Part shown: positions 36,798-46,298 of the stretch, in pieces
Layout of the letters: every line of letters starts with the position of its first letter
How positions within the stretch are numbered: position 1 is the first letter of the stretch
Assembly: GCA_965249535.1 (NCBI GenBank)
Contig: OZ252241.1
Location: 2,684,730 to 2,748,729, forward strand
Length of the DNA: 64,000 nucleotides
Source of the DNA: Vicinamibacterales bacterium
GTDB taxonomy: Bacteria > Acidobacteriota > Vicinamibacteria > Vicinamibacterales > G965249535
Direction of reading: 5' to 3'
Translations under genes and position numbers: made by a program
The notes under the pieces: model-generated
Database searches by the model: none
What the model was told of the DNA's origin: nothing
What the model saw: only the letters and a program-made list of their open reading frames with translations

Positions 36798-37045
36798 CCG
36801 GTCTCACGCATAGTGTTCCATGCTCCTTCGAGACTGTTAGGGTAACCCAAGACCTTGAAATCCACAGATGCTTACCTTAAATCTTAATCGCTAGCTCAAT
36901 TATCTTCCCTCAACCAGAAGGATCACTAAATACCTTAACAACTAAACTATCAGAGTTGTTTATTAGGCCTGGGCACCGATACTAATCCTATTGCTTCGCT
37001 GGAGAATATTATCTTATTTTCTTGGGGAGAGAAATTCAAATTGTC

Positions 37046-38689
37046 TCACTCCTTAATTATCTCGCCCCACGCGGGGGGTTCGTATCGAGCATAATCAGCT
37101 TCTAACTCCGTGCGGTTAATGCCATCGTAATCGCTGGCAACATCTGCCCAGGCTTTTAACAGAACCGTAATGGTATCTCCGCTATCAAGGTATGCTGCCG
37201 GTTCCCAGTCATGATTTCGCATACCCCACATGTAAACCAGGACTTGTTGGTCAACAAGATTTTCTTTATCGACGGTAACGTTTGTAAGGTGTACAGCCAT
37301 TATGTGATCAGGGTAAGGAACAGTTCCTGGTTGAGGCACACTGGTTACCTCTTGAACAGTACCCCGCACTACAAGAGTGGTCGCTGGTTTGGGGACAAAG
37401 AAGTTAGTTGACCATACATCCGAGAGGTTTAAATCGATAAACTTCCAGTTGTCGTTTGCCAATTCACGGCTTGAAAACTGAAAAATAATCAAGCGTTTAC
37501 TTGAAAGGCGGTCGTGCCCTGTTGCGAGTTCGCGCGCAAGTAGTTCACGTGTTGCAAAGGCACCATCATTGTTTTGAACAATTCTGTCAACCGGTCGTTG
37601 GAGGACAAAACTTAATTGCTCGACGAAGCCAGACGACTCACCCCATCCCATTGTGGCAAGCGAATAGATATTACTAAAACTATCTCCAAGTACTAAGATG
37701 TCAGCAGAGGTATCGTGTTGCCAAGAGGCATCGTTGCGAGTTCGGATCTGTCTGAGCAGAACACGTTCTTTTGGGTAGAGGATTTGTTTGTCTGGTAGAT
37801 CAAGTAAGCGAGTGGTATCACCCGTGTTGGTTGCTTCGATGGTGTGACTTGTATATTTTTCTTTTGGGAGTATTGGTAAGAGGTGGCGGTTCTTGATGAA
37901 ATCGTGAAGATGTTCCGCAACTACCTGAACAGCATTGGGGCGCCAATGGGTATCTGTCATTAAGTATTGTGGGTGTCCAGTTTCTTGTTTCGCTTGAACT
38001 AGTAATTCCGTGGGATCGAAGACTAGAACTCCGTTCTGTTCGAGTTCGCCAATTAACGTTTTGTATTTAAGAGCTTGTAAGGGGGCTGACGAATATTCGA
38101 AGTAACGGGAGAATTTTTCGGGATGAATAGTTGGTTTAACCGGTGTTGGCATAACAATGAGTCGAATTCCAAGAGTTGTTAGTTGAGTGTTAAAGTGAAG
38201 AATTGGTTGTAGAGCTCTATCTAGAGCTTTTCTCTCCATTAAGTAGTCCAGATCCTCGTGGTAGAATAGCCACGATGATCGACCTGGGTACACTTGCTCA
38301 TTGCCAACACCCAGCCAGGATGTTAGAAGATGCTGGCTGGGTGGGCGAATGAATTGCGCGACCTGCGAGGTTTCCTTGAGGCCGTTCTCCAGTTGATCAA
38401 GATTACTTAGAAGCACGCGGTTCTTTTGGAGTAATTGAGAGAAAAGCATGTCTTCTGATTGGGTAGTTTGGAGTTGTAGGTTATCTGGTGATTCAAATAG
38501 GTTATTAAGAACTTTGGACTCCCCCTGTGATTGTTGACTATCGAATATTATCTGGATGATGGGCACCGCGAAGATTACTAGAAAGAACTGAGCAGTTAGG
38601 AGATACGCTATCCGCGATGAGAGTTTCGTGTGGTTAAGCTCATTCTTAGCTTGAGTTTCGCGTTGTTGTTGAGTTAATGAAGTTGACAT
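37046..38689 (-). CDS. AlgX/AlgJ-type SGNH-like protein with C-terminal extra domain
   Basis: N-terminal TM helix, SSWLFYHEDLDY and LMTDTHWRPNAV. An additional C-terminal region of about 130 aa may be a carbohydrate-binding module. It lies 15 nt downstream of the MBOAT gene. Confidence 0.7.
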   Translation of the reverse strand: MSTSLTQQQRETQAKNELNHTKLSSRIAYLLTAQFFLVIFAVPIIQIIFDSQQSQGESKVLNNLFESPDNLQLQTTQSEDMLFSQLLQKNRVLLSNLDQLENGLKETSQVAQFIRPPSQHLLTSWLGVGNEQVYPGRSSWLFYHEDLDYLMERKALDRALQPILHFNTQLTTLGIRLIVMPTPVKPTIHPEKFSRYFEYSSAPLQALKYKTLIGELEQNGVLVFDPTELLVQAKQETGHPQYLMTDTHWRPNAVQVVAEHLHDFIKNRHLLPILPKEKYTSHTIEATNTGDTTRLLDLPDKQILYPKERVLLRQIRTRNDASWQHDTSADILVLGDSFSNIYSLATMGWGESSGFVEQLSFVLQRPVDRIVQNNDGAFATRELLARELATGHDRLSSKRLIIFQFSSRELANDNWKFIDLNLSDVWSTNFFVPKPATTLVVRGTVQEVTSVPQPGTVPYPDHIMAVHLTNVTVDKENLVDQQVLVYMWGMRNHDWEPAAYLDSGDTITVLLKAWADVASDYDGINRTELEADYARYEPPAWGEIIKE

Positions 38690-38704
38690 TAGTTGAATTC
38701 AGAT

Positions 38705-40162
38705 CTAGAAGATGAAATAGATGAACGGATTGTATTCCTGAGTACAAAGAATCGCGAGTGCTAACAGCCACAGCATAATGATTAGAGCTGCCTTTCCTGT
38801 TGTAATTGTTTGTGTCCAATTCCAAGTCTGTGGACAGACCCAAGTTATGATGGCCGCGATGAAGAAACTTCCCAAATAGTAGGGTTTATATAAAACGCCT
38901 GAGAGTAAGTTTGCTGGCTCATGTATGACCTGAAAGCCAAGCATGCTGGAAACATACTGCAGCGCACTTGGGAGATCTTCAGCTCGGAAGAAGACCCAGG
39001 TGAATAACACAAGGACGAACGTTAGAGATGTACGAATCTGTTTAGGGAGAATATGGTAGAGTGAAACTTTGCTTCGAAGACGTTCGACGATGAGTAATAT
39101 GCTGTGTAGGCCTCCCCAAACGATGAAGTTCCAAGAGGCCCCGTGCCAGAGTCCACCGAGAAGCATGACAAGAGTGAGGTTCACGTAAGTTCGCAAAGAA
39201 CCTGTTCGATTACCTCCCAGAGGAATGTACAAGTAGTCCCGTAACCACGTAGAAAGAGAGATGTGCCATCGTTTCCAAAATTCTGTGATTGATTCGGAAA
39301 GGTAAGGTGAATCAAAATTCTTCGAAAACACGAAACCGAGCATTAATCCGAGGCCAATGGCTATGTCCGAATAGGCACTAAAGTCGAAATAGATTTGGAA
39401 AGCGTATGCCGTGACACCGTACCAGGCATCGATCATGCCAAGAGATATTGCCCCAAAGGCGACATCAGCAACCTTGCCGCAAGGATTTGCTATGAGAATT
39501 TTTTTGGCTAGACCGACACTGATAAAAGCGATTCCTCTCGAGAATTTTTTAAGAGAGTGAGTTCTTTGAGTAAGTTGGTCAGCGACTTCAGAAAATCGAA
39601 TGATCGGACCAGCAACGAGTTGAGGAAACATAGATACGTAACACGCAAAATCTATGAAGTTTCGTAGTGGGCGAGCCTTACTACGATATACATCGATTGT
39701 GTAACTCATCGACTGGAAGGTATAGAAGCTGATTCCGAGAGGCAAAATGACAGTAATTGTTCTTTCAAGTCTTAATTCAGGCATTCCAAGCCATGTGACG
39801 AATATGTCGAAGTTGTCCGATGCGAAGTTGAAGTATTTGAAGAAACTCAACAGTAAGAGATTAGATACGATAGATGTGATGAGTGCGAGACGTTGAGTGC
39901 GGGTACGCGATTGAGGAAATTCAGTTAACTTGGCTTGTTGGGCGGATGTACCGGGTTCATGTCTGGCAATAGCGAGTCCGCACAGGTAATCGACAGTGGT
40001 TGAACCGAGAAGGATGAGGACAAAGAGTGGATTAGCCCAACCGTAAAAGAAGTAACTTACGATGGTGAGCAATAGGTGCTTGATGCGTCGTGGTACCGCA
40101 TAGTAGAGAAGCAGAGTCGTCGGTAGAAAGTAGAAGAGGAAGAGATACGAGCTGAAAACCAT
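38705..40162 (-). CDS. MBOAT-family membrane O-acyltransferase (AlgI/DltB/PatA-like)
   Basis: 485 aa and polytopic. It has FWKRWHISLSTWLRDYLYIPLGGNR and the conserved His in GGLWHGASWNF. Confidence 0.9.
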   Translation of the reverse strand: MVFSSYLFLFYFLPTTLLLYYAVPRRIKHLLLTIVSYFFYGWANPLFVLILLGSTTVDYLCGLAIARHEPGTSAQQAKLTEFPQSRTRTQRLALITSIVSNLLLLSFFKYFNFASDNFDIFVTWLGMPELRLERTITVILPLGISFYTFQSMSYTIDVYRSKARPLRNFIDFACYVSMFPQLVAGPIIRFSEVADQLTQRTHSLKKFSRGIAFISVGLAKKILIANPCGKVADVAFGAISLGMIDAWYGVTAYAFQIYFDFSAYSDIAIGLGLMLGFVFSKNFDSPYLSESITEFWKRWHISLSTWLRDYLYIPLGGNRTGSLRTYVNLTLVMLLGGLWHGASWNFIVWGGLHSILLIVERLRSKVSLYHILPKQIRTSLTFVLVLFTWVFFRAEDLPSALQYVSSMLGFQVIHEPANLLSGVLYKPYYLGSFFIAAIITWVCPQTWNWTQTITTGKAALIIMLWLLALAILCTQEYNPFIYFIF

Positions 40163-40313
40163 CTAGTTTAGAAATATTTGTCCTAAGCAATCTTTAGTAG
40201 TGGATGCGGCCACAGAATTTCTCTTAGCAATGACGTTCGAGCAGTTAGAATACCAATTCTTGATTCATTGTGTTGGCCCGAGTAGTTAGCACATCTTGCA
40301 TGGAGCGATTATT

Positions 40314-41948
40314 TCATTCCTGATTGATCTTGTAATAATTATCTGTGGCATCAATTTCTGCTTGGACTTGTGAGGGTGTCCACCCTAGCTCAGACGCCAT
40401 CACGTTTGCTGCTCGACGTAATACATCTGACCCCGGGTGTCCTGCTGATCCAGCTTCCGTTCTTCGCAAAACAGAGTCTGATAATTTAACGGCCATTTCG
40501 TGTCGGACCGCGTGCTGAATTTCTGCGCATGTCACGCCGCAATTCATACTAAGCGAATTCGCTGCGGCTCGGTCGGGTTCGATCGTTCGCAATATCGTAC
40601 GATACTCAGATCCGTACGAGAGGACTAATCGTCTGAGAGTCTCAGTGGTGAGTCCAGCAATGGTTTGACTGGTTTCCTTGTTTAGGAAGTCACTGAAATT
40701 GGGTATCGCACCTCCAGTCAGAGGAATATCTGTTGTTCGGCATGGCGGGGAGTCACGGTCTAACATAGAGAAGGCCAAATCGATGGCCTGCTTGGCAGTT
40801 TGGCGAGCGGTGGTGTAACGGACGCCAAGCACGGTTAATAATCCACTGATTCCGCCGATTCGGTGATCGAGGATTTGGCTGCGTTTGAGTAGACGCAAAG
40901 AATGATGACTAGTTGAGGATGATGGTAAGAGTCCAAGATGCACGAATCGTACATCGGGTAATGTCAGATTCAGCGATGGAAATGCTGTGTTGATATCCTT
41001 TAGAAAACGCTCAATGTCTGTTTGAGTTACTTTAAGAGACTGGGTTCCACCTTCGTGGGTCTCATGGCTTGTGCCGATTATGGAACAGTCGCGCCAAGGT
41101 GCGATAAATAGGAATCTTGATTTTGTCCGGCCACCTACAGCGTGGTCTTTGGTAATTGGTCGTACGATAAGGTTCATCGCTTTCGAGAGCGATGGAACGA
41201 TTCTATTCCGTTTTCCGGGAAGTAAGGATTCGTTAAGTTGTCCAGCCCAGGGTCCAGCGGCATTGAGTACCAGGTGTGACCGAATCTCAAAGTCTTGTCC
41301 CCCAATAATGTCTCTGGCTGAGACGCCAACCACCCGTTTTCCCGATCGAAGAAACGCTCGAGCTTCGACATAGTTTGCCGCCACTGCACCAGCATCAGTA
41401 GCGGATAGAAGGAATGAAAGGTTTACACGATCCGTGTTGTACATCTGGCAGTCGTACCAAACCAGGGCACCCGTCAGATCTGGTGCGACTAACCAAGGGT
41501 ATAGTTCTAAGCATTCCTCTCTTGAAATTCTATGGCTAGCCGGTAGGTGTTTTGAGGAGTCAGACAAGTCATTGCGGTCGTATGCGAGGCAATCGTTAAT
41601 GGTAAAGTACATACTCATTAGCCAGCGATTACGGCTAAGGTTTTGGTAGGTTGGTATAAGAAAGGGTAGAGGATGGACGAGATGGGGGAGGATTCGACAT
41701 AGAGTTCGTCGTTCCCGAACGAACAGACGGAGCTCAGAAACATTTCCAGACTGTAAAGATCTAACACCCCCGTGAACCGTCTTTGCACTGTTAAATGAAG
41801 TCGCTCCACCGAAATCTCCACTGTCGATGATCGCAACTGAAAGGCCCCGCTGAGCGGCGTCCCAGGCGGCAGTGGTTCCATAAATACCGGCACCAACGAT
41901 CAGTAGGTCAAATGTGGTGTTGGCTAAGTCTTTAAGTTCGCGTTTCAC
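40314..41948 (-). CDS. FAD-dependent oxidoreductase, glycerol-3-phosphate dehydrogenase/oxidase (GlpD/GlpO)-like
   Basis: Dinucleotide fold DLLIVGAGIYGTTAAWDAAQRG, then GGATSFNSAKTVHGGVRSL. Length (544 aa) and the C-terminal helical domain fit GlpD-type enzymes. Confidence 0.75.
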   Translation of the reverse strand: MKRELKDLANTTFDLLIVGAGIYGTTAAWDAAQRGLSVAIIDSGDFGGATSFNSAKTVHGGVRSLQSGNVSELRLFVRERRTLCRILPHLVHPLPFLIPTYQNLSRNRWLMSMYFTINDCLAYDRNDLSDSSKHLPASHRISREECLELYPWLVAPDLTGALVWYDCQMYNTDRVNLSFLLSATDAGAVAANYVEARAFLRSGKRVVGVSARDIIGGQDFEIRSHLVLNAAGPWAGQLNESLLPGKRNRIVPSLSKAMNLIVRPITKDHAVGGRTKSRFLFIAPWRDCSIIGTSHETHEGGTQSLKVTQTDIERFLKDINTAFPSLNLTLPDVRFVHLGLLPSSSTSHHSLRLLKRSQILDHRIGGISGLLTVLGVRYTTARQTAKQAIDLAFSMLDRDSPPCRTTDIPLTGGAIPNFSDFLNKETSQTIAGLTTETLRRLVLSYGSEYRTILRTIEPDRAAANSLSMNCGVTCAEIQHAVRHEMAVKLSDSVLRRTEAGSAGHPGSDVLRRAANVMASELGWTPSQVQAEIDATDNYYKINQE

Positions 41949-42056
41949 AGTAGAGATATTCTACGATAGTGGAGCGTGATTATCCGGAAGTGTTAGTCAA
42001 TGGTGGTCATTACGCGCTGAGAGATTTACCGAATAAAACCTAGGGAGTTTTCGTAA

Positions 42057-42836
42057 ATGGACTATGTTCGTGTACCGACGGTCGCTGAGATTGAGAAATA
42101 TTGGAATGAACGGATACACGACTTGAAGATGACTAGCCATCCCATAGGGACTATAGAATTTTTTGATGACCTTGATCACTACAGATTCGAGAAGCTCCAT
42201 TACCTGCTGAGACTGGTTGATTTCGACAGCTTTCGCGGTCGTCATGTTTTGGAAATTGGGTGTGGAATAGGCACGGACCTGGTAAGATTCGCGTTTGGTG
42301 GTGCCAGAATCACAGGAGTCGATCTTTCTGAGACTGCTATAAAACTTGCACGTACCAACGTTAGGTTGCATACGGTGTCGACTGACGTAGATCTTCGCGT
42401 ATCGAATGGTGAGGACCTGCCTTTCGCGGACGAAAGTTTCGATGTTGTTTATGCGCATGGTGTTGTCCAGTACACAGCAGACGCCTCTAGGCTCGTGGCG
42501 GAGTGCCACCGTGTTTTGAGATCGGAAGGGCAGGCGATCTTCATGGTCTACAACCGGTTCTCCTGGTTGAATGCTTTATCAAAAGTGATGAAGGTTGAAC
42601 TCGAACATGAAGATGCGCCAGTCTTAAAGAAATACTCGAAGTCAGAATTTCGAGCACTATTGTCTGCATTCAACAAGGTAACGATTATTCCTGAACGTTT
42701 TCCAGTTAAGTCGAGACTTCACAGTGGTTGGAAGGCCTGGTTCTACAATACGCTTTTCGTTGGAGCTTTCAATTCTGTGCCTCGTTTGCTTATTCGACGA
42801 ATCGGCTGGCATCTTATGGCCTTCTGTATGAAGTGA
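42057..42836 (+). CDS. Class I SAM-dependent methyltransferase
   Basis: Motif I is VLEIGCGIGTDL, followed by the acidic loop ITGVDLS and FDVVYAHGVVQY. Confidence 0.85.
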   Translation: MDYVRVPTVAEIEKYWNERIHDLKMTSHPIGTIEFFDDLDHYRFEKLHYLLRLVDFDSFRGRHVLEIGCGIGTDLVRFAFGGARITGVDLSETAIKLARTNVRLHTVSTDVDLRVSNGEDLPFADESFDVVYAHGVVQYTADASRLVAECHRVLRSEGQAIFMVYNRFSWLNALSKVMKVELEHEDAPVLKKYSKSEFRALLSAFNKVTIIPERFPVKSRLHSGWKAWFYNTLFVGAFNSVPRLLIRRIGWHLMAFCMK

Positions 42837-42868
42837 TAGCATAGGAATTCAGCTGTGACTAATGCGTA

Positions 42869-43846
42869 CTATGTCCGCCTACTTCTGAGGTAGAGCCAAA
42901 GACCGGGCAGGCTTCCGATTAATCCCATCACGATAAAAAGAGTTGAAAGGGCAAAAGAGCGTTCATCTGGAACACCCACAGGCCGAAGAAGCCAGACGAT
43001 GGCTCCCTGAGGAAGACCCAACCCTGCGATCGAAAGGGGGAGCATGAAGACGAGAAGACCAATGGGCATAAAGAGTAAGTAGTAAGTGAATTTTACGCCG
43101 ATCCCCAATCCTTCTCCTAGACAATAAACTTCCAGTACACGAAATAGTTGAACCACGAGAGATAGAGTAAAGACAATTGCGATGGTTCCCATACGCCCAC
43201 GATAGCGACCGACGGCATCTCCAATCTCGAGGATTGAAGTGGCAAGTTGTGAACGCTGCCAGTGGTTGGGTAGCGTTAGTCGCAATAGGCGCTCTATCCA
43301 AAAAGCACTAATCAACGTAGCCATGAGTACGAATGTGAATACAAGTATGAGATTTAAGTAATCTAGATCAACTTCAGTCTGTTGGGTCCATATAAAGATC
43401 CCGGTCATTCCCAAACCGAGGAGAGCTAATACTCCAAGTAGTCTGTCAATAGCCACCGATGCGATTGAGTCTTGGGGATTGGCTGTGTGCTGTGCTAACC
43501 CATATGCACGTGCTGCGTCTGCCCCACCTGTAGGTAGGGCGCTTCCAATGAAAGCACTCGTGAGAAAAAGTCTGGTTGCCGATGAAATTGTAATTGGAAC
43601 ATGGCTGGCTCGTAAAAGTAAGAACCAGCGGAGAATCATAACTATCCGGGCGGATATATCCAGGGCAAGTGCCGGGATCAAATAAAGATTATCTGCATCA
43701 AGGAACGCACTACCGGCCTTCTGGAGGTCGATCTGTCTTGTAAGTACCAGTAGAATTGTTGAGCTCAACAATGCCCGAAACCAGACTGAACCTACAAATT
43801 TTATTTTCATGTGGTCGAAGTTGGACGATAGTTTGCTATGCGCCAA
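42869..43846 (-). CDS. Polytopic membrane protein, lysyl-PG-synthase-TM/'flippase-like' (UPF0104) family candidate
   Basis: 325 aa with about 8 TM helices, and a pattern (PTGGADAARAY, LFMPIGLLVFMLPLSIAGLG) reminiscent of the MprF N-terminal flippase-like domain family. No soluble domain. Confidence 0.55.
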   Translation of the reverse strand: MAHSKLSSNFDHMKIKFVGSVWFRALLSSTILLVLTRQIDLQKAGSAFLDADNLYLIPALALDISARIVMILRWFLLLRASHVPITISSATRLFLTSAFIGSALPTGGADAARAYGLAQHTANPQDSIASVAIDRLLGVLALLGLGMTGIFIWTQQTEVDLDYLNLILVFTFVLMATLISAFWIERLLRLTLPNHWQRSQLATSILEIGDAVGRYRGRMGTIAIVFTLSLVVQLFRVLEVYCLGEGLGIGVKFTYYLLFMPIGLLVFMLPLSIAGLGLPQGAIVWLLRPVGVPDERSFALSTLFIVMGLIGSLPGLWLYLRSRRT

Positions 43847-44085
43847 GCATTGTGGGACCGTTTATCCATCCTTCCACGTGAGAAGGATTAAGAGAACGAT
43901 CTGGTCCAAATAGCCGAGGATATCTTCTTCTCATAGTGTGCATTCTACCGCTGTCCTTAGTGTGTTCGGTAGCTTCCTGAAAATCAACTGGGCCGTGTGC
44001 TACGATGGAGGTGACTATAGTTTGTTCTAATACGCCGCTGCTACCATTGTTACTGCTGAGTTGGGTTGGATTCATGGTTTGAAAC

Positions 44086-44862
44086 TTGTATGGAGGCAAC
44101 TATTCGGTGTACGGATTTCTGAGAGTGGTGCCCCTAACGGGTAGCGTGATAATGGTTTTGTCGGTTGGCGCGAAGACTCAGCCGAGAGATTCCTGGGGAC
44201 GGATTTCTATCCACGTCAACGGAGGTTACGGAGTTCCCATAAAGGAGACCAAGAATCGCCATGAGTTCATAGGTTACGGTGAAGAAGGTAGTTTCGAAAG
44301 TATCCATGCCAGCGTTGGCACGGAATTGTTTGAGGGCGGAGGGAGCGTCCGCTTATGGCGTAATCTTACCATCGGTGCAACCTATTCAGAATTTAATAGG
44401 AGAGTTGAGACAGCCGTAACTGTCAACTTACCGCACCCATTCTTGTTGAATCAGTATCGTGAAGCGGGTCCTCAAACACTTGACTTACGACAGAGGCAAC
44501 GGACTACTCACATCCAATTTGTTATACCGATACCTGTGCCACTCTGGGAACGACTCGAATTCACTATGGCTGGTGGTCCATCTTTTATTAACATAACGCA
44601 AGGCGCTGTTACTAACATAGATGTGAGTGAGGTCGGTCCTCCTTATAACAGTGCAAAAGTTAACCTGATGGACTCTGAGGAGTATGTGGCTAATGGTTTT
44701 GGAGTGAACATTGGTTTTGATGTGACATGTATGTTGACAAACCACTTTGGCGCTGGCGTTTTTGTTCGTTTTATCATCGGATCGATTGACATGCCGGTGC
44801 CAGGCAGCAAGGTTTCCTTAGATGCGGTCCAAGCCGGTGCTGGTATCCGAGTTAGGTTCTAG
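44086..44862 (+). CDS. Putative outer-membrane beta-barrel protein
   Basis: It shows an alternating hydrophobic pattern and ends GAGIRVRF with a terminal aromatic residue, as in OMP beta-signals. The TTG start is uncertain and there is no clean signal peptide from this start. Confidence 0.45.
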   Translation: MYGGNYSVYGFLRVVPLTGSVIMVLSVGAKTQPRDSWGRISIHVNGGYGVPIKETKNRHEFIGYGEEGSFESIHASVGTELFEGGGSVRLWRNLTIGATYSEFNRRVETAVTVNLPHPFLLNQYREAGPQTLDLRQRQRTTHIQFVIPIPVPLWERLEFTMAGGPSFINITQGAVTNIDVSEVGPPYNSAKVNLMDSEEYVANGFGVNIGFDVTCMLTNHFGAGVFVRFIIGSIDMPVPGSKVSLDAVQAGAGIRVRF

Positions 44863-45050
44863 AAGAAACTTAGGCACATTTTACTTGACGATTCCCTAAA
44901 GGAGAATTAGTTCGAAGGCCATGCCTACCGAGATCTGGAACAGGATTAAGGTGCTTCGTTTGAGCAAGAAGGGAGCTGATACGCGTTGACCGCTCTTCGG
45001 TAAGACCGCTATAATTTTGTGGGTAGCGTGCACCCTCCTTCCTAACTATT

Positions 45051-46298
45051 GTGGCAATCAGTCCAGCGCGAATCCTGATGCTGGCTCCAGAGCCGTTTTT
45101 TGAGCCCCGCGGTACACCTTTCAGTGAGTACCATCGTATTAAAGTCTTGGGAGAACTCGGCTACCACATTGATCTTGTTACATATCCGTTCGGTGTCGAT
45201 GTTCAACTGCCAAATCTTCGGATCTTCCGCTCGTGGAGACCTCCTCTTATCCGTAGAGTTCCAATTGGACCGTCTGTCGTTAAAGTGTTACTGGATATGT
45301 TGCTAGCGGGAGTAGCGATTCGACTTATTCTCAGAGAGAAATACACAGCAATTCACTCGCATGAAGAAGCCGGCCTTTTGGGTATTTGGCTAGCCCGTTG
45401 GCTTGGAATTCCACATTTATACGACATGCATTCAAGTCTACCCGAGCAACTGAGTAATTTCAGATATACACGAATGGGCATCCTCCACCGGTTGTTTTTA
45501 TATAGTGAGCGCCAGATGATCCTGGGATCACGAGTGGTGATTGCGATCTGCCGAGAGCTACTAGATTTACTGACAGCGATGGGAGAAGGAGATCGTGTCA
45601 TTTTGATTGAGAACGTTATGGGTGGTGATTTTGACGAAGGAGTGTACAAAAGCAAAGTTGAAGTCCGCACAGAGTTGGGTATTTCCGCTTCTCAACCGTT
45701 GGTGCTTTATTCAGGGACGTTAGAAGCATATCAGGGACTGGATCTACTGATCTCGGCGGCGTCATTCCTCAGAAAAAGTCATCCCGATGCTAGAGTACTT
45801 GTAGTTGGAGGCGACCCGTCCCAAGTCGCGGCTGCTAAAAAGCAAGCAGACCAACAAGAGGTGAACATTGTTTTCACTGGGCAACGGCCGCCGTATGAGA
45901 TACCTCGCTTTATTGGAGCCTCTGACATCCTTGTGTCTCCTCGTGTTTCTGGTATGAATACTCCGTTAAAGATCTACTCATATTTACGTTCCGGCAAGCC
46001 AATCGTGGCAACTGATTTGGTCACGCACAGTCAGGTGCTTGATGAAAGCACAGCGATGCTTGTACCAGCTGAACCCAAGGCCTTCGCTCTCGGTATTGGA
46101 CAACTCATCGATCATCCCGAAGAACGGGAGCGCATTGCCTCTTCTGCTTTGGAGATGGCTGCTAGAAAGTATAGCCGGGAGAATTATGTAGCCAAGACTC
46201 GTAAAGCCTACGAGCGTTTATTGAGTGACGAGAATTCTTTAGAAGCCGAAACAACTGAGTCGGTCGAAATATCTCCAGGAGGCTGGAAGACTTCATGA
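45051..46298 (+). CDS. GT4-family (GT-B) glycosyltransferase
   Basis: 415 aa. The C-terminal half has LEAYQGLDLL and ILVSPRVSGMNTPLKIYSYLRSGKPIVATD, a GT1/GT4 E/x7/E-region equivalent. Confidence 0.8.
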   Translation: MAISPARILMLAPEPFFEPRGTPFSEYHRIKVLGELGYHIDLVTYPFGVDVQLPNLRIFRSWRPPLIRRVPIGPSVVKVLLDMLLAGVAIRLILREKYTAIHSHEEAGLLGIWLARWLGIPHLYDMHSSLPEQLSNFRYTRMGILHRLFLYSERQMILGSRVVIAICRELLDLLTAMGEGDRVILIENVMGGDFDEGVYKSKVEVRTELGISASQPLVLYSGTLEAYQGLDLLISAASFLRKSHPDARVLVVGGDPSQVAAAKKQADQQEVNIVFTGQRPPYEIPRFIGASDILVSPRVSGMNTPLKIYSYLRSGKPIVATDLVTHSQVLDESTAMLVPAEPKAFALGIGQLIDHPEERERIASSALEMAARKYSRENYVAKTRKAYERLLSDENSLEAETTESVEISPGGWKTS

